Part shown: positions 50,491 to 64,000 of the stretch, piece by piece
How positions within the stretch are numbered: position 1 is the stretch's first letter
How the letters are laid out: every line of letters starts with the position of its first letter
Assembly: GCA_002104905.1 (NCBI GenBank)
Contig: MCFE01000121.1
Span: 1 to 64,000, forward strand
Length of the DNA: 64,000 nt
Origin: Basidiobolus meristosporus CBS 931.73
Lineage: Eukaryota > Fungi > Basidiobolomycota
Direction of reading: 5' to 3'
Program-made: the position numbers and the translations under genes
The notes under the pieces: generated by a model
The model's input: the letters and a program-made list of their open reading frames with translations, nothing else
Databases searched by the model: none
What the model was told of the DNA's origin: nothing

Positions 50491-52399
50491 ATGTTAAAGG
50501 AAACTCAGTGGTAGTGATGTGATTGGTGAGAAAGGACCATTCAAATGAGTAAGTCATATTAAGACTGGAAGATGATCAAGCCACAATGAATTGATTTGAT
50601 TCAGCACAATCAGCTTAATTTGTCTGATTTTTCATGCATTATAATTAAATCTCCATCAATTGCCATGTATACCATTCTTATCATCCTTGACCAATGACTT
50701 GGCAATTTGACTGATAATTTAATCACAGCTCTATAATGAAATTGGAAATCTGTAACTGATATGATCTGATCCATGTCAATGCAATCAAAGATGCATCATA
50801 CAGAATATATGGAAAACTCAACAATCACATTAGTATTCTAATATATTTCAAATAAGACCAGGTTGATCCCAGTATATTTCTGTATAAGTATCCAAATACT
50901 TTACTATGATTCCTATTCCATGTCTCAACTCATCTTCAATACCAACCATACAAAAACCATCTCCCAGCTCACAAGCATGGTCTAGACTAGAATTGTCAAT
51001 GTCTGATCTGTTCACATTCTTCCCAAATGACTTTAGTATGCTAAGTGTCTGTGATGAGCCTTTGTACAGATAGTTGGGCACTATTCACTAATCTAGCATA
51101 ACTGGATACCTCAGATAGTCAACAGAAATGGAAGAATCCAAGTAGAAAGCTGTGGCATGCATTCTATATCAAAATGCCAGCAGATATAAGTAAGAAGATA
51201 TTCATAACAAGATAAGTGTAAGAATCAAGAATGAGCTGAGATTGAGGGGATTTGATAAGGAAGCCATGTGCAAAGAGTTCTGGGTGTAATTTGCACAGTA
51301 CAGACCAGAAGCATATGTTTGTGCCTCAATTTTGGGAACCAAGGAGATTCTGAATGAGTTTTTACCTAATATAAGTAATGTACCACATGATATATTAGTA
51401 GAGCTAAGTGGCTTCTGAGAGCAATATACACAGGAATTATCAAGGCAACAATAGCAAAGTATTAGACAGAGGGTAAGTGAATACCTTGAGAAATCAGAAC
51501 ATGTGCTTCAAGAGGAAGCATTTTTCTGTTGTATTATACCTAGTTTGGGAGTTGATTTGCAATGCAGAGACTATTCAATTTTATATAACAACTACAAGTA
51601 TGCTAATAATGAAACAGTTTATTAGGAGCTTCATATACCAATAGAGATATAACTTCTGCTAATATCTTCAATCTTGGGGTCTGCATATACAATAGGCTGT
51701 GTAATTCACCTCTATAACAAAGGTCTGACCTTCTGTTGACTATTGGACTAAATTACTCTTAAAGTAGCATTTCTTTATTTGGAGGTCACTTTCATTCCAG
51801 AGGTAATAGTTCCTTATTTAGAAATTCTGTACACCCCTTCAACCTATATTGGTGTTGTAAAGAGGTGTCTGAAGGGATGATTTAGTGTAAAGGGGCTTCT
51901 TACTATGGTCTCTAAAGTGGACTTTACACTAAAGGGGTGCCTACAGGGGCTTATTTAGAGTGAAGGGGCCTTATAAAGGGGTCTCTAAAGGGGTATTTTT
52001 AGAGTAAGGGTAATTCAAAGAGGGGACTTTTCCAACAGAAAAATAGTAGTTTTCTTGTGGAACTAGCAACCAATTCTTGTGAGCTTTGCAGCCTCTTTAC
52101 CAATGTAGTACTAATCAAAGTCCAAATACATAATAGGGCAAGTAATGCAAGGGAAGTACTATAGCCTATAAACCTGTAGTTGTAGTGTGGAGATTCTGGA
52201 ACAAGAGGCTCCCTTTTGTTTTTCAGCCAGAAAAGTCATTTATATAAAAATTCTGCAGGATCAAAGTTTTCAAGTGATTATGCAAGCAAAACACATGATA
52301 CAAACCCAAAATATTGCAGTGGTGCAGATTTCACATAGGTGCAGCACCTGTGAAGTTGCATGTATTTTGATTGGCTGGTTTGAGAATTACAAGCAATCT

Positions 52400-53094
52400 A
52401 AATCATCATAGTATTCCTAGCAATTGAGGCCTACCCTATGAAAAATAACTTGGTCCTGCAGGTGAATCTGATCTGGATCTGCTATCAAGATCCTCTCAGG
52501 GGACCACTATAATACCAGCAGCTTGGAATTCATGAACATCTACATGATCTTATGATGTGATCACAACAGCATTTGGCCAATTTTAAATCCAAACAAAGTT
52601 AAAAACACAACAGTGTTTGTATAGTGTTTTGCCAAGGGTGGCATGATATTGTTGCAGTGTTAGTACTCTCTACAACTATTTCAGTCAATCTAACTGGCCA
52701 GTATATCCAATTGCCTTAGATGGCAAAAAACATAACAATGTTTTGACAGCATCATTGCAGGCCTCTGATGGTAGTATTATAGCAGTATGGAGGCCTACAG
52801 CTAGTTCTGTAAAATGCTACTGCACCAATATACCAAGGGGTATTTCCTTTTCCTACCTCCCCTTGTGCAACTCATATATTCTACTACAGAATAACCCCTC
52901 TTTATTTGCTTACCCTCTACTACCTTTGGTATGACACATATAGCTTAAATCAAAAAATACTATGGCGTCCTGCTTACTAACCTCTAAATACAAGCACACC
53001 TGTCACAATTGACATACTTGTATCACCTCCACTTTTTGGCTTTTAGAGCAATACTTACAAAGTTGCCATTTACTTTGTATTGCTGGCAACATAT
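52400..53094 (-). mobile_element. Fragment of the CACTA family seen at 63.2-63.9 kb
   Basis: Reverse complement matches ~63195-63870 (e.g. aagtatgtcaattgtg, gaggttagtaagcagga, ttccaagctgctggtatt). Confidence 0.85.
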
Positions 53095-56000
53095 GTGAGT
53101 ACTAAATGTAGTACCCACTCTTTGCCCAAGAGTTCTTCCCAGAGTCCTACCCAAAGTCCCCCAGCATCCTCCCTATGATTCCCCCATGCGTCCTCCTTCC
53201 TATTCCAGCCCTTATCTAGTCAGAGCACTTACCATAACAGGATGGTGTTCACACCCCTATTTTATAGCACATTGTCTATTATCTAAGCCCCCCTAGTGAT
53301 ATATATATATCCAATTGAACCAAATGAGAGAATAACAAGATTTGAATGGAATAAACACACGTCTTTATTACCTTGCTACCTTCTATTGGAAGCTATTCTG
53401 AACCAAGTGATACTAACTTGACATACAAGCTCTCCCACTCACCAAGTACAGTCAGTAGTAACCCACACATTTGGTGCTGTTTTGATAGAAATAAGCACAA
53501 GTGAGGTAATGACTACAACAATCAAACTAAAAACATACAAAGGAAAGAGAGAGCAAGCCCTTGAGTGGTTGGATAAGTTTGAGAGAGTTGCAGTTGATGC
53601 AGGATGGGACAACAATAAGACAGTAAGGAAGTTTGCAAGACATATGGAAGGGTCAGCATGGCAATGGCATTGTGAATTGCAAGACACAGTTAAGATGACT
53701 GGGATGCACTAGACCCTGGTCTACTGCCTATGTTACAAGACAGGTCCCTAGAAGGAATAGGCCTACTTGCCCAAGTATTCTCTAAGAACCAAGTATTTGG
53801 CCATATACCTGGGGTATAACACCAAATCCACCTTGCCAACAGATACCCCATCAAACAAAAAGCCTATAGAAACTTGAAAACTGACATGGACTATATTAAA
53901 GAGACAATTGAAACTTTACTAGGTTTAGTATGCCAATGCTTTAAGGATGGCATACCATGGGGTCATCAGGAACTCAAGGCCAGGCAAAATATGATATATC
54001 TGCTCCACAAGCATTATCCTAGATTCAAACAAGCAAACAGATTTTGGGCCAGCATTTTTATACCAAGAAAATGTCTAAAAATCTGAAGAAGCTATTAAAT
54101 GCAGAAGAACAAGGGTGCAATGGCTAAAAACCAGCGGCTTCCTCAAGAGCCCAGTACAGGCAAGGCTGGAAGTGTGAAAGAGGTGTCAAATAGATTTCAG
54201 GTAGCTGGAAGAGTGTAGATAATGGAAAAGCAAGCAGACACAGAGGCACCTGCATAACATCAACTAAGGAAAAAGCATAGTTCTACTCAAGAAGCACTTA
54301 ATAAAAGTAGCAGTCTAGGATCTAGCAGTGATCAAGCCAAGTAGCCACCTCAGGAGCCCATCACTGCATGCGCTGAGAGCACAAGACAAGCCAAAACAAA
54401 GCGTTAGGTTGCCTGCTGAATGCCAGCTAGGGACAAGCAGGCCAAAACAGATGCATCAGAGCAGCATTAATCAGGGAGAATATGTAGCTCAATACAAGAA
54501 GCACTCAGACAAAGTAGCAGTAAAAGATCTGGCAATAACAATGTAAAAGGTCAAAGGAGAAAGTCCACCCTAGCCAGAGACAGGAAAGCATGATAAAAAA
54601 GCTGCAGCTCTTGCCAATATAACACCTTAGCCTGGAACAGACTAAATCCCATCTTAGCCAAAAATAATTACCAACAAGAAAACAGCTGTCTAACCAGAGT
54701 TGGAAGCGTAGCCAGTTGAGCTACACTCCAGTGAGATAGACCAGTTTGCAGAGAAAGGCAACTTGTCTACAACAGCCTCCACATACTCCATTGTTGACAG
54801 GGCAAAGATTTCCTTATAAGACCTGTGAGCTATCACCTGCCAGACTGGATTTCAACTTGGTCAATTCCTGTGTGTGTGCAACAAGTGAACTTGTCAAGAC
54901 ACAGCTCTATAGAGCACTTAGAAAATGTACCCAGATATTGCTCATGGTGGTTTTACAGGAGGATTTCTCTACTCCTGCACCACAGAAGGTCTAGACTATT
55001 TTAAATGAATATTCAGAAGTGTTTCCAGAAGAGCTTGTAAGCCTACCACCAGTCAAAGACATGGCTAATGCCATTGACGCAAGAGATAGCCCTCCAGTCA
55101 GCAAGACACTTTACAGAATGAGTATATTTGAGTTGGAAGAGATGAAAAGAAAAATAGATCAGCTATTGGAGCAAGGATGTATCATACACAGCAAGTCACC
55201 TTGGGGAGCACCAGTACTTTGCGTGAAAAGGAAGGACGGAACACCCAGGATGTGCGTTGAATACAAAGCCCTCAACTCAGTAGCTGTGAAGAATAAGCAC
55301 CCCATACCTCAGATTGATGAGCTTTTGGACCAACTCAATGGAGTTACCCTATACAGCAAGATTAACCTCATGTCAGGATACCACCAGATTAGGGTGGAGC
55401 CAGAACACATCCTAAGACAGCATTCAAGACCAGAAACAGACACTATGAGTACCTAGTCATGAGTTGTGGCCTTACCAATGCACCTGTAACATTTATGCCC
55501 TTGATGCAAGCAGTCTTCCAGGAACACTTAGACAAGTTTGTGGAAATCTACCTAGATGACATATTGATATACAGCAAGACAGAAGAGAAACTCTTAGTGC
55601 ACATTGAAAAGGTCTTGAAGAAGTTAAGTGAGAACCAGCTGTATGGCAAGCTAGCAGAGTGTGAACTCTTGAAGGAACATGTTGAGTACCTTGGACACAT
55701 GGTGACTAGCATAGGAGTGACCTCAGACCCCAATATGGTTGAAGTCATCAAGAATTGAAAACAGCCCCATAGCATATCAGAACTCAGATCATTACTTGGA
55801 ATGGTTTCCTATTATTGGAGATATATCAAGTCCTTTGGAAATATTACAGCCCCTTTAACTGATATTCTCAAAAAAGACAACACCATGTATTACTGAGAAA
55901 CAACAACACAGAAGAAGTTTGAGCCACAATGAACAGGACCTTTCAAGATCATCAAAGAATGCCATTTGCAACTTACCAACTAGTGAACAAACAAGGTAAT

Positions 56001-56130
56001 ATCCAGGAAGACTTTGCTCTTAGGGACAGACTCAAGCTTGCAAGACTTGCTGACAATGCTTAACCATCAAGATATTGGTATCACAAGATAAGAGATTCAA
56101 GAGAACCCTCTCAGCTTTGGTAGTGGGGAA
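53095..56130 (+). mobile_element. Degenerate Ty3/gypsy element (putative 5' LTR 53095-53469, gag, RT, integrase tail)
   Basis: TGTG...CACA-bounded segment with TATA and AATAAA, then TGG at 53472; gag EWLDKFERVA...MEGSAWQW; RT SPWGAPVL, SGYHQIR, YLDDILIYS; KKFEP*TGPFKI tail; purine tract near 56120. No matching 3' LTR found. Confidence 0.8.
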
Positions 56131-56402
56131 GTTATGATCTACTGCTTAAATATTTAAGTTGGATCAGCTCTAAGTCAAATCAACTATTTTATGCTTAGCC
56201 TATCTGTTGAAATATTGGGCTATTTGGTATCATTCTGCAGCTAAAAGTTTACTTAACAATTCTGGACTAGTCTTGGTCACTCTGGGACTAATTTACAGCT
56301 CTGACTTTGCCACTTTCTTCAAATCTATGATCTTATAATTATTCCCCTATAGTCAGGATCAAATTAGCACTAATACTAGCTATTATGTACTAACCCTGAA
56401 AC

Positions 56403-57790
56403 TGTTGCAGAATGCTCCTGAAAATTGAGAAACCCTCCTTACTTAGTGTTACAGCTGTATTACTTCTACAAAGGTATAAATACTGAGCTTCTTTACTAAT
56501 AAACAACAGTTCAGCTATCATCACTATATCTTGATACGTTCCTTATATCCAAATCACTTCTTAAATTGCAACAGGTTATGAGCCCCATTTGCCTTAATCT
56601 ATTCTAAAGATGACTTCTACCAGCAAACAGAACAACACAAACATTGTCCCTGTTGAGGAGAGGTTTGATGGAAAGAACTACAGACTTTGGAGAATCAAGA
56701 TGCAGACCCACCTTGAGGAAAGGAGGCCTTGGAATATAGTAACTGGAAAAGAAGTTGAGCTCAAAGGAACAGCAGAAGAAGTGGAGAAGTTTCAAGAGAA
56801 GGAGAGAAAGGCCTTTAATGCCATATGTATCAATGTGCAAGATTCCTTCATTGGACAAATCCATGCCTCAAATACTGCCAAAGCAGCATGGGAATCTTTA
56901 AAGAAGATCTTTAGAGCAAAGTCAGTATCAAGCAAGCTTTATTTAATACAAAAGTTCTTCAATATGAGGAAGAAGCCAGATGATGACATGCTACAAGTCA
57001 TTACCAAAATGAAGACACTTGCAGAAGAACTTTACAGTATTAATGCTGGTGTAGATGATGAAGAAAAGATACTCTGTCTGTTTTGCAGCATACCAGACAA
57101 GTATGAGCCACTCATACTTTCTTTTGAAAGCAGAGATGACAATTTGACTCTAGACTATGTCAAAGGAATACTTCTCCATAAAGAACTCCAACATAATAAT
57201 CAAGCAGAGAAAATCAATGATAATGCTTTGTTCAGTTCAGAAGGTCACTCAGAAAAGAAGGGAAAGCAACAAAACCAAAGAAAACCTGGTTGCTGCAACT
57301 ATTGTAAAAAGCAAGGACACTGGGCAAGAGAATGCAAGAAGAAACAAGCAGATGAAAAATTGGAACTAGAGCAGGCAAACCATATAACTGCTGATGAACA
57401 GTTATTTGTAGCCGTACAAGAGAGTGCAAGTAACCAAAGTAATGAGTGGTATATTGACTCTGGAGCCTCACAGCATATTTGTGGTGTAAAAGAGAGATTC
57501 AGCAACTTAAAGACTATTCCGGTACAAAAGGTTTATCTGGGAGATAACTCTGCTCTGGATGCTACAACAAGTGAGTCTATACAATTAAATATGAGCAATA
57601 GCTCAGGGGCAACATCAGCAAGACTCACTGACATACTCTATATACCTGGAATGGCTAAGAACCTACTATCAGTCAGTAAAGCAACTGCTCAGGGACTGAA
57701 CTTTGTTTTTACTAAGATGAGCTGCTCAATGTTGAGTGAGAATGGACAAAAATTAGCTTTGGGAATCAGAGATCACAATATATAAAATTT
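56403..57790 (+). mobile_element. Ty1/copia family B 5' portion (171-bp LTR 56403-56573, PBS, gag-protease ORF 56610-57785)
   Basis: LTR TGTTGCA...TGCAACA followed by GGTTATGAGCCCCA; FDGKNYRLWRIKM, CNYCKKQGHWAREC, WYIDSGASQHI. Confidence 0.92.
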
Positions 57791-58516
57791 ACAGTGCAAG
57801 ATCAGTTTTTAGTCAAATCAATTAGCTATATGTTTAGGTTATCAGTATGTTAGTACATCAGTATTATCTATCAAATGAGTAGCATTAGTCAGCAAATGAA
57901 TCAGCAGATCCTCATCAGACAGAAATAGATATATTAAGTAGGATTTTATTGGGTGATGATGATGCAATCAAATGAGTCATCAGCAACAACCTACATTAGG
58001 AAATACAATTAGTCAGCTATAGATCTGGCAAAATGTACATAAGGAGCTGCTGGAGCCTCAATAAGGATCAGTTCAAGTTTTAGCAAGTACAATACAGGCC
58101 AAACTCCCAATTCCTCTACACCTCTTGTATCTAGATTTGTAATGCACAATTCCCTACCTCAGGCTTGGTTAGACTCTCTTTGCTTTACCTTTACCATAAT
58201 CATTGTCAGATCTTTTGCTATTACTTTAAATGAGTACCTCTTGTGTTGCAATATGCTTTGTCCTTCATAAGTGCTGCATGAGTGCATCCATTTTTGCCTG
58301 CTTGTCCCTTATCAGCAATCATCTGGCTACCTGACATGTCTTTGCTGATTTTTTTGAGCATTGAGTCCACTTATGAAAGGCTCCTGAAAAGCAGAAGGTC
58401 TTTACTAGTGCTAGGCTCTACACAGCTTTGATCAAGTGATTCATGTATCAAACTACTCTTTTTCCATGATAAACACCATACTGATGCAGCTGTTTCTCCC
58501 TGCCCCTACACAAGAT

Positions 58517-60312
58517 AATTGATATAATCCTGTCAAAAATGCCATCACAAGATCAAGGTCCAGTGGCCAAGAGGTATTGATCCTTTCAGGACACTATGCA
58601 AAGACTGTTGCACAATAATTGCACCCCAGATTTCACAAAAAAGCTTAGTCAAAATATTTCATCACAACAACACATAAGTGACATTTGACTGGTACACTGC
58701 TAATCTTGTCACTTTGTGGTCCCAGAGACTGAACCACCTCCTATGTTTGTATACATTGATTGGCTATTGCTGCTGATCTACACTCCTTACTTCCTGACTC
58801 AACCAATTCACTTATATCTCATGCATCCAATTGATTTATTTCCATTGACACTTCAGTTGTACCTCAATGGCCATTTGTATTGACCTAAAGTAGTCCCTTT
58901 ATTCTACACTAACATTGAGCCCAACCTCACACTCAACAAGTAACTCTGTTGAAATCCATCATTCAATTGGTATTTCTGCTGTAACCCTCTTTTGCAATAC
59001 TTTGGTAGGAACCCTACAGCTTTACATCACTGTTGATTCATGGGTTCCCATATATCCTGGTCTTCAGCCAGCACTGCATGGTCTAGCACCTTATCCGCTA
59101 GTCTTTGCAATAAATGCTTGCAATAATAAGGTGTGTTTCTTGAGCACTGCTCTTGAAAAAGTGCTGCCACCCCTTGGTGTGCCTATTGGTGTTCCAAAAT
59201 TCCACTACAGGTATACAATAGTCATTTAACTTCTTAAAATTGATGTTTTGTCTGTCAGTAGGATATTCACTCTGCCTACAATGGCAGATGCGGAGGCAGT
59301 GGTAGACAAATTGTATTACTCTGTAAACTCAATTACCTCACTGGAGTGTAGCTGAACTGGCTTTTTCTCACACCTCCCTTTGTCTAGCTTACATTGAGCT
59401 TTTTCTCTTCACCTTTATCTTGATCATAGCAAAGTCACCTACTGCTACTTTGATTGAGCTCTTGAAAGGTACTTTATTTTCTCCTTGGTGAATGTTACAC
59501 TAGTACATCGGTTTTGCAGGCTGGTCCCTTGCTAGTACTCAGAAATGTGTCTTTATCACTGTCAAATCCTTCACTGCTACTGTGAACTAATGCTTATTGT
59601 ATTGTACTATATTTTCTTCCTGCTGAATGCTGCACTGGTGCACCTGTTTTTGCTTATTGATCCATTACTGGCACTCCTCTGGCTATATGATGTGTCTTGG
59701 CCACTTGTTAGGAGCTTTTAGCCCTGCCAGTCTTCAACTGTTGCACCCTTATTCTTTGGCCTTTAATGGTTTCTGCTATTCTTGAGTCACTATCTAAGCA
59801 TACAAATGCTGGCTCATAATCTGTCTGCATGCTTGAGTCAAGGATAATGCTCATGGAGCAGGTCAAGTACATTCTACTTGGCTTTGAGTTCCTGATGATC
59901 CCATGGAATGCCAGCCTTGAGGTGATGCCATATTAGACTTCTTTCAGCATCTTGCATATTAGCCCACTCAGCATTATTGCACTCAACAGCATCATGGATA
60001 TACAGTGTCTTTTAACTTATAGGCTAGGATTCACTGTAGTCTCACCCACCCATGCTGTGATAGGCATTACAGGGGGCTTTATATGTGGGTGATGTTTATG
60101 TGCTTCAGCAATTGTATGGTGTTCTTTGGCTGTTACATTGGAAATGGCTCAATTCATGGCATTGATCTTGAGCTACTCAGGTTCCTTCTTTGCAGCAAAG
60201 ATATTGCATTCACCACCTGAGATCCCTCTGAAAAATTATTGAGATGATCCCATTAAAAGGCCAACTCAAAGTTAAAGTCCCAAGACTAAGAGGTACTGAT
60301 CCCTTCAGGACA
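58517..60312 (-). repeat. Unclassified element: pseudo-ORF copy 3 (59262-60230) between two related direct repeats
   Basis: Direct repeats 60235-60312 and 58517-58593 (the latter extends to ~58880, shared with 42122-42400). Confidence 0.6.
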
Positions 60313-63300
60313 CTGCTCAGGTTGTGACCCGTGGGTCCATTACTATAAAAATAGATGGGTGGTTCCTTTGCTTGCTACAGATCTTGTAACACATGAAGGC
60401 TTAGATTTTATCAAATGTTGTGGCAAAGGAAGGAATACATGGACATTGATATTTCAATCTACAGCTGCTTCATCAAGCACTGGTGGATGAAAATTTGGAA
60501 TATGTCCGGAGGACCTTTTTTGGATGTAGCCCTGCATGTGGCACTAAATGTTAAAGAGAGCTGTTGTCCAACCATTCTTCTGTTGCTGTCAGCGGTGGGG
60601 TTTGGTTAGGAACCAGACAACTTTGCTTTATTTTTGGTGGCATATATATGAAAGTGGGTCAAACTAAAGGTGAAATAGTGTTACATATACATATGTATGT
60701 GGTGCCACAACTTTATTTATAGTGCTTTCTATGGTGGGTCATCATTGAATCTCACATTCATATAGGTGCAATGACTCAAATACAAGACTGTCTTGAGTTC
60801 ACATGAGTATTGACAAAAAAGTGATATAATAGTGTTACATTGTTGATGGTCAAACTGTTTGCCCCATGGACAAGACTACTTTGACTCAATGTTGTAAGAC
60901 AAGAGAAAAAAGACCATGTGGCTATTGTGGCAATCCTCTCAGCCATGAAGCACACAGAGAGCATAGGTAGTTTAAAAGGATTACTGCTGGTGTTTTGCTA
61001 TGCAAGTCATATTTGACCATTAATTGGTCACTACTATACCAACATTGTCTTGCTGGCCAGTTGATACTTCTGTATTGGCACCTGGCCATCTTGGTCACCT
61101 TGCACAAACTGAGTCAGGTGAGTTTTTGACACCTTTGCGCTCACCTCAGCCTTCCAAATATGGCATGCAGAGTGCTAGCTCTGATGAATAAGGTTCACTG
61201 ATGGATTTTGAGCCTATCTCTTGTAACAACAGTACCATGTATGAGACCTGTCAAATCCCTATATGCAATGCAACAACCCCCATTAAAACAAATGCCAAAG
61301 ATACTTTATGGAGCCAAGTGAGCCTAGTATTACATCTACTGGTGAATGATGTAGTGTTGTGGCTAGAGAAGTGGCATGTCTCCACAATTATCAGTAATGG
61401 GGGCCTTGAGAGTTTATTACTACTTCTTGCCAAAATCATACTGGGATGGAGCTTACCATGAGCATTGTACAAGTGGACAACCATCATGCAGCTGGCAACA
61501 TATGATCCAGAGACTGTCCTGATTCCAGCATGTGTTACCAGTTGCCTGGCATTCACATCCAAAAATGCTACCATTGCAACATGTCTAAATTGTCAGGTAT
61601 CCACCACCATTAGGGGAAAACATTGTTCACACTCTGGATATATTCTGGTCATACCCTGTCTGAGGAAGCTGATGCAGTCCAACAAATATTGCAAAGCTAT
61701 ACAGTACTGGACTCTCATAAAACAAGTACTCTACCAGCAAATCTTGCTAGCCACTGATTCTCATCAATCTGAATCTGCCGCCCATCTTATAGTATCAAAC
61801 CAATAATCTGATGGTAGTCTCACTGGTATCTGGGCCGAAATTGCCATCCAACCTGCATAGCTACCTGTATTTGTTACTGTATTAACTTTGTAAGCTTTCC
61901 AGCAGGATAACAGTAAATGGGTGTCCTGTAAAAGTGCATATTATTATCTGCATTAGAGATACCCCTGCCATCAGCAAGATAGCAGGTTTTTCTGGGCACA
62001 ATGGACAGTATTGCTGTCAAATGTGTGAGATCCAGGGGATTTACTTCATAACTGACACACACTATTATTACCCAAATGCCAGCACTAAGAACATCAGCTT
62101 TCCACAGAGAGAACTTACAGAAGTTGGCATCCAATTGCTGCAAAGTTGGCTAGCTATAAGCTGGAATATGGAATCAATTGGAAACCAGCAATACTTAAGA
62201 TAGAGGGTATCTGTTGGAGCAAAAGCTTTCCATTGGGAACAATGCATTTGCTTTTCAACACTATCTCTATAATGATGACCAAGTTGCACATGGGCATTTC
62301 AAGCTAAATGAGCCCTTGAAGATATTACAGAGTATTTGCTACCCTAAGAACTTCTCACAGGCTCCAATTTATATTCATACACATATGCAACAATACAAAT
62401 GCAAAGACTGGATGAACTGGAGATGTATTTATTCAAGTGGTGTTCTGAAGCCATTCCTATCAAGTGTGCATTGGAAGCATTGGGAGTCATATATGGACAT
62501 TGTAGGAATATTTATCCTGAAGCAGATCACCAATGCCAACTTGATACATCTACAGCTGTTGTGTGAGGAGTTTGTGATGGAATTTAAGTAGCTATACTGG
62601 AAATATAAAGCTGAATGTGTAGATCTCTGCCACTACTGTATCCATTCTATATTCCATCTTGCATAGTGTGTGGAGAATATCGGGTTTTGCTTCACCTTTT
62701 GAGAGTTTCCTATGGAGCAGATGTGTGGGGAGATGGCAAGACAAGTCAAGTTGCAGGTACTACTATATCCCAATTACATCAACAATATTACCTTCAAGTC
62801 TGTCATGGATGTGATGAGTTGGCATATAGAGGACAGCCAGGAAGAGTTGGAAAGTACTGAGGATAAATGTGCACATGGAGACACCTATGCCTATGACATC
62901 AAGGAGCTAAGCAGCCCCAATGTGCAGGTAATCAGTTAAGTAATGCAATGTTGGGTTGGATACAAGAAGCAACTAGTTTTCATCAGGAAAATTCTATCAA
63001 GGTATGCTGGATTTCTCATGGTCACAAGCCAACTTCTACACCATTCAATATGGAATTCACACAAACAAAAGCCAGAGTGCACCTATAAGGGGGACTAGAG
63101 TCCAGCAGGGACAAGAAATATATTGGGTAAATACCAAGAAGTTCTTTGCAGATGTTCAGCAGGAATTGATGGCAGAGGTGGTGACAACCAAGCATATGTT
63201 TGCAGGATATATATGTAACCAGCAGTACATGGTATATGGCAAGTTTGCAAGTATCACACTAAAAAGCCGTAAAGTTGAGGTGTTAGAAGTATGTCAATTG

Positions 63301-64000
63301 TGGCAGGTATGCGCGTTTGTGGAGGTTAGTAAGCAGGAGGCCATGTTTTTTTGATTTGAACTATATGTGGAATACCCAAAGTAGTAGGGGGTAAGCAAAT
63401 AAAGAGGGATAATTCTGCAGTGGAATATATGAAGTGCACAATGGGGGTAGAAAAAGGAAATACCATTTTGTAAATTGGTACAATAGCATTATACAAAACC
63501 AGCTATAGGCCGTCATACTGCTAATAAAATGCCATCAGAGTCTTGCTGTGAGGCTGTCAAAATACCCCCAAGTTTCTTGCCATATAAGACAATTGGATGT
63601 CCTGGCCATTTGGATCCACTTAAAATAGTTATAGAGCGCTCAAAGACAGCAACAATACCATGCAGATATCATCACAGAACCACTTTAGTCTTGTCAAGTT
63701 TGATCCCTTCATTTGGTTGTAAAATTAGCAAAACACTATCACAATCCTTGGATAAGATTGTTAGGAGGGTCACTGTTTCCAAGCTGCTGGTATTGTGATG
63801 GTCTCTAAATGGGATCCTGATGGCTGATCTGGATCAGATCTACCTGCCGGACCAAATTATTTTTCATAGGGCAATATTGAATGCTTTACATGTATTATCT
63901 GTTCATTCTGCTTCTGAACTACTTCCTGAGGAAGAAGGCTCACTGCAGGATTGTAAGCCTATTTTCCCTAATAAGAGTACTATGCATGAGCCCAGCAAAA
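60311..64000 (+). mobile_element. Degenerate CACTA/EnSpm (Transposase_21-type) DNA transposon, running off the window end
   Basis: Broken ORFs: ACVTSCLAFT..CLNC, RDTPAISKIAGFSGHNGQYCCQMCEIQG, YKCKDWMNW...HWKHW...FVMEFK, RDNSAVEY. CACTG at 60311 coincides with loss of similarity to the flanking repeat (possible TIR, unverified). Confidence 0.8.

Noticed and set aside
53001-53094. TGTCAC at 53001 as the gypsy LTR start
   Set aside because: This stretch is homologous to the CACTA transposase region at ~63.2-63.3 kb; the LTR more likely starts at 53095.

Overview
Eukaryotic, almost certainly fungal DNA; an early-diverging lineage such as Zoopagomycota is inferred from gene content and short GT-AG introns, not proven. 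Three compartments. (1) ~1.2-7.5 kb: three intronless secreted-protein genes. Two are DUF3472-family paralogues (a mainly bacterial domain); one is fused to a hevein/CBM18 chitin-binding module and, across a +1 frameshift, to an unrecognised ~130-aa C-terminal domain. (2) ~21.3-41.1 kb: a CpG-rich, mostly intron-containing housekeeping island: TGL4-like patatin lipase, metaxin/Sam37, GPI-anchored Cys-rich protein, LEA_2 membrane protein, histone H1, aldehyde dehydrogenase, Shp1/p47, PRRC2-like protein and a 7-TM GPCR. (3) CpG-depleted transposon graveyards at ~3.3-5.5, ~8-21.3 and ~41.2-64 kb. These hold repeatedly self-nested Ty1/copia elements with a Ty5-type half-tRNA primer site, Ty3/gypsy remnants, CACTA remnants, a DDE_Tnp_4 (PHIS) transposase with a matching 210-bp MITE, and an unclassified three-copy repeat. 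No rRNA, tRNA or CRISPR array was seen. All family assignments are motif recognition by eye; no searches were run.
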